A stretch of DNA of 63,719 bases, filler included, from Reticulomyxa filosa (lineage: Eukaryota; Protista; Foraminifera): assembly GCA_000512085.1 (NCBI GenBank). It is 26 parts of 26 records of this genome, joined end to end, with 100 filler letters (N's around TTAATTAATTAA, not from the genome) between each part and the next. Parts side by side here need not be neighbours in the genome. Positions count along the whole stretch, not along the records: positions 62,563 to 63,719 come from ASPP01013960.1; 25 more parts are not named here. One strand, 5' to 3'. The notes beneath the pieces are model-generated. The model was not told the origin of the DNA and searched no databases. It saw nothing but the letters and a program-made list of their open reading frames with translations. Positions 62,463-63,719 of this stretch are shown here, piece by piece. Position 1 is the first letter of the stretch. Every line of letters begins with the position of its first letter. Position numbers and translations under genes: made by a program.

Positions 62463-63322
62463 NNNNNNNNNNNNNNNNNNNNNNNNNNNNNNNNNNNNNN
62501 NNNNNNTTAATTAATTAANNNNNNNNNNNNNNNNNNNNNNNNNNNNNNNNNNNNNNNNNNNNTCTCGCGCCTGTGGTCATTGGGCACTCAACTCAACTGT
62601 TGTTGACGGGTTCAGTTGGAGCAACCGTTTTCGTGTCATTGTCTTTCGAATCTTTAACTTTTGTATCTGTTAGCGGACCGCTGGGATCCTTGTTTTTTTT
62701 GTTTGTTTGTTAATTGGTTGTTTCATCAACCCTTTCATCCGAGTTAAAAAAAAAAAAAAATTTTATTGATAATCCCTCCCCCCCCTTTTTTATCTTCCTC
62801 GCTTTGCTGAGGAGATATTCTTTATTTAAGTGCAAAAATATAAAGATTCAAAACATGGAACTGGCAAGGCAGTATAGTTCAAAAAGCTTATTAATGGAAA
62901 AAGCAACAGGATAAGTAGAAAGGCTGGTATACATCTGATGCCTCTTCGCTTTCGACTCGACGATTGCGAGGAACCGTGGAATGCATGCCTTGCACAACAA
63001 CTTTTATTCCATGTGCGAGCACACACAACACAGTCACAAATTTTAGAAAGATGGTGCCGACGCTCTTCTGGTGTAGTCCTCATTGGCAATAATTATTTCT
63101 TGCCTTATGGGAAGGGGGCACGCTTTTTTTTTTTTTTAAAACTCTTCAGTTCTCGATGTTCAATTTTTTTTTGTTAGAAAACGTTTATGTGTCTCCAGAC
63201 TGTCTTATTTCCTAGTCTTGCGCTAATTTTGTGCGTTTTTAACTCAAGAGGAGACTCTTTGCCGGCACGAGCGAGAGGGACAAACCAAAAAGTTCTTGGA
63301 AAAAAAAACAATAGAGGTCAAA

Positions 63323-63658
63323 ATGACTGAGGATGTTGACATTATACGACAAGGTTACGTGGATTTCCAAGAAAAGACCTTTGGAATAAAATCATGGAAG
63401 CGAAGGCAAATTTTTATTTTTTATAATTTCAAGAAGGGAGGAGAGGAGTGAGAGTTATCAATTGACCTTTGAAAACATGTTTGAAACAAACAATATTAAA
63501 AAAATGAAAACGTGTAGATATCTTTCAATTCATCGAAATGGCATATGTTATATTCATGAAAATGAGACAAAAAACAATGTGAAATTTACATTTCATTTGG
63601 AAGGTGGTGAGCAAGTGGAAACGGGAGAGAATGCGACCAACAAAAAAACCCATTTTTG
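63323..63658 (+). CDS. PH-domain protein, 5' part
   Basis: The spliced product MTEDVDIIRQGYVDFQEKTFGIKSWKR|RYLSIHRNGICYIHENE...VKFTFHL matches the PH beta1-beta4 pattern (xxxGxLxKxxxxxKSWKRRYFxL...LxYY). Confidence 0.7.
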
Positions 63659-63675
63659 TGAGTTTGAATTTTATC

Positions 63676-63706
<31 letters not shown>

Positions 63707-63719
63707 AGATGGGACATGC

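Overview
This is not one continuous locus. It is 26 short, AT-rich, intron-containing eukaryotic contigs joined by 25 artificial 100-nt spacers (N44-TTAATTAATTAA-N44), so gene neighbourhoods across spacers mean nothing. The organism is very probably a foraminiferan, most like Reticulomyxa filosa. The evidence is a polyubiquitin with the rhizarian single-Ala insertion between monomers, plus expanded WD40, Kelch-like and HEAT families with many decayed copies. Recognisable genes or fragments include TMEM234, a GYF_2-domain protein, a UBE2H-like E2, an ankyrin protein, a GH47/EDEM-like mannosidase, an RNF213-like AAA+ core, a two-RRM protein, a G-alpha subunit, tandem WD40 genes, a HAD phosphatase, a transmembrane guanylyl-type cyclase, a GT60 GlcNAc-transferase, a PP4R1-like HEAT protein, two DENND4-like halves, DUS2, a nucleoside-phosphorylase-like domain and a PH-domain protein. 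Mobile DNA comprises an internally deleted Tc1-like element with TIRs and TA flanks, and a scrambled RNase H-bearing LINE relic. The main candidates for novelty are: (1) an apparently stand-alone, motor-less dynein stalk/microtubule-binding-domain gene (17213-18756); (2) a portable phase-0 exon encoding a conserved ~33-aa helical module on different WD40 subfamilies; (3) a polyubiquitin array with G75C at all three internal junctions; (4) the RNF213-like ATPase. All family assignments come from motif recognition by eye; no searches were run.
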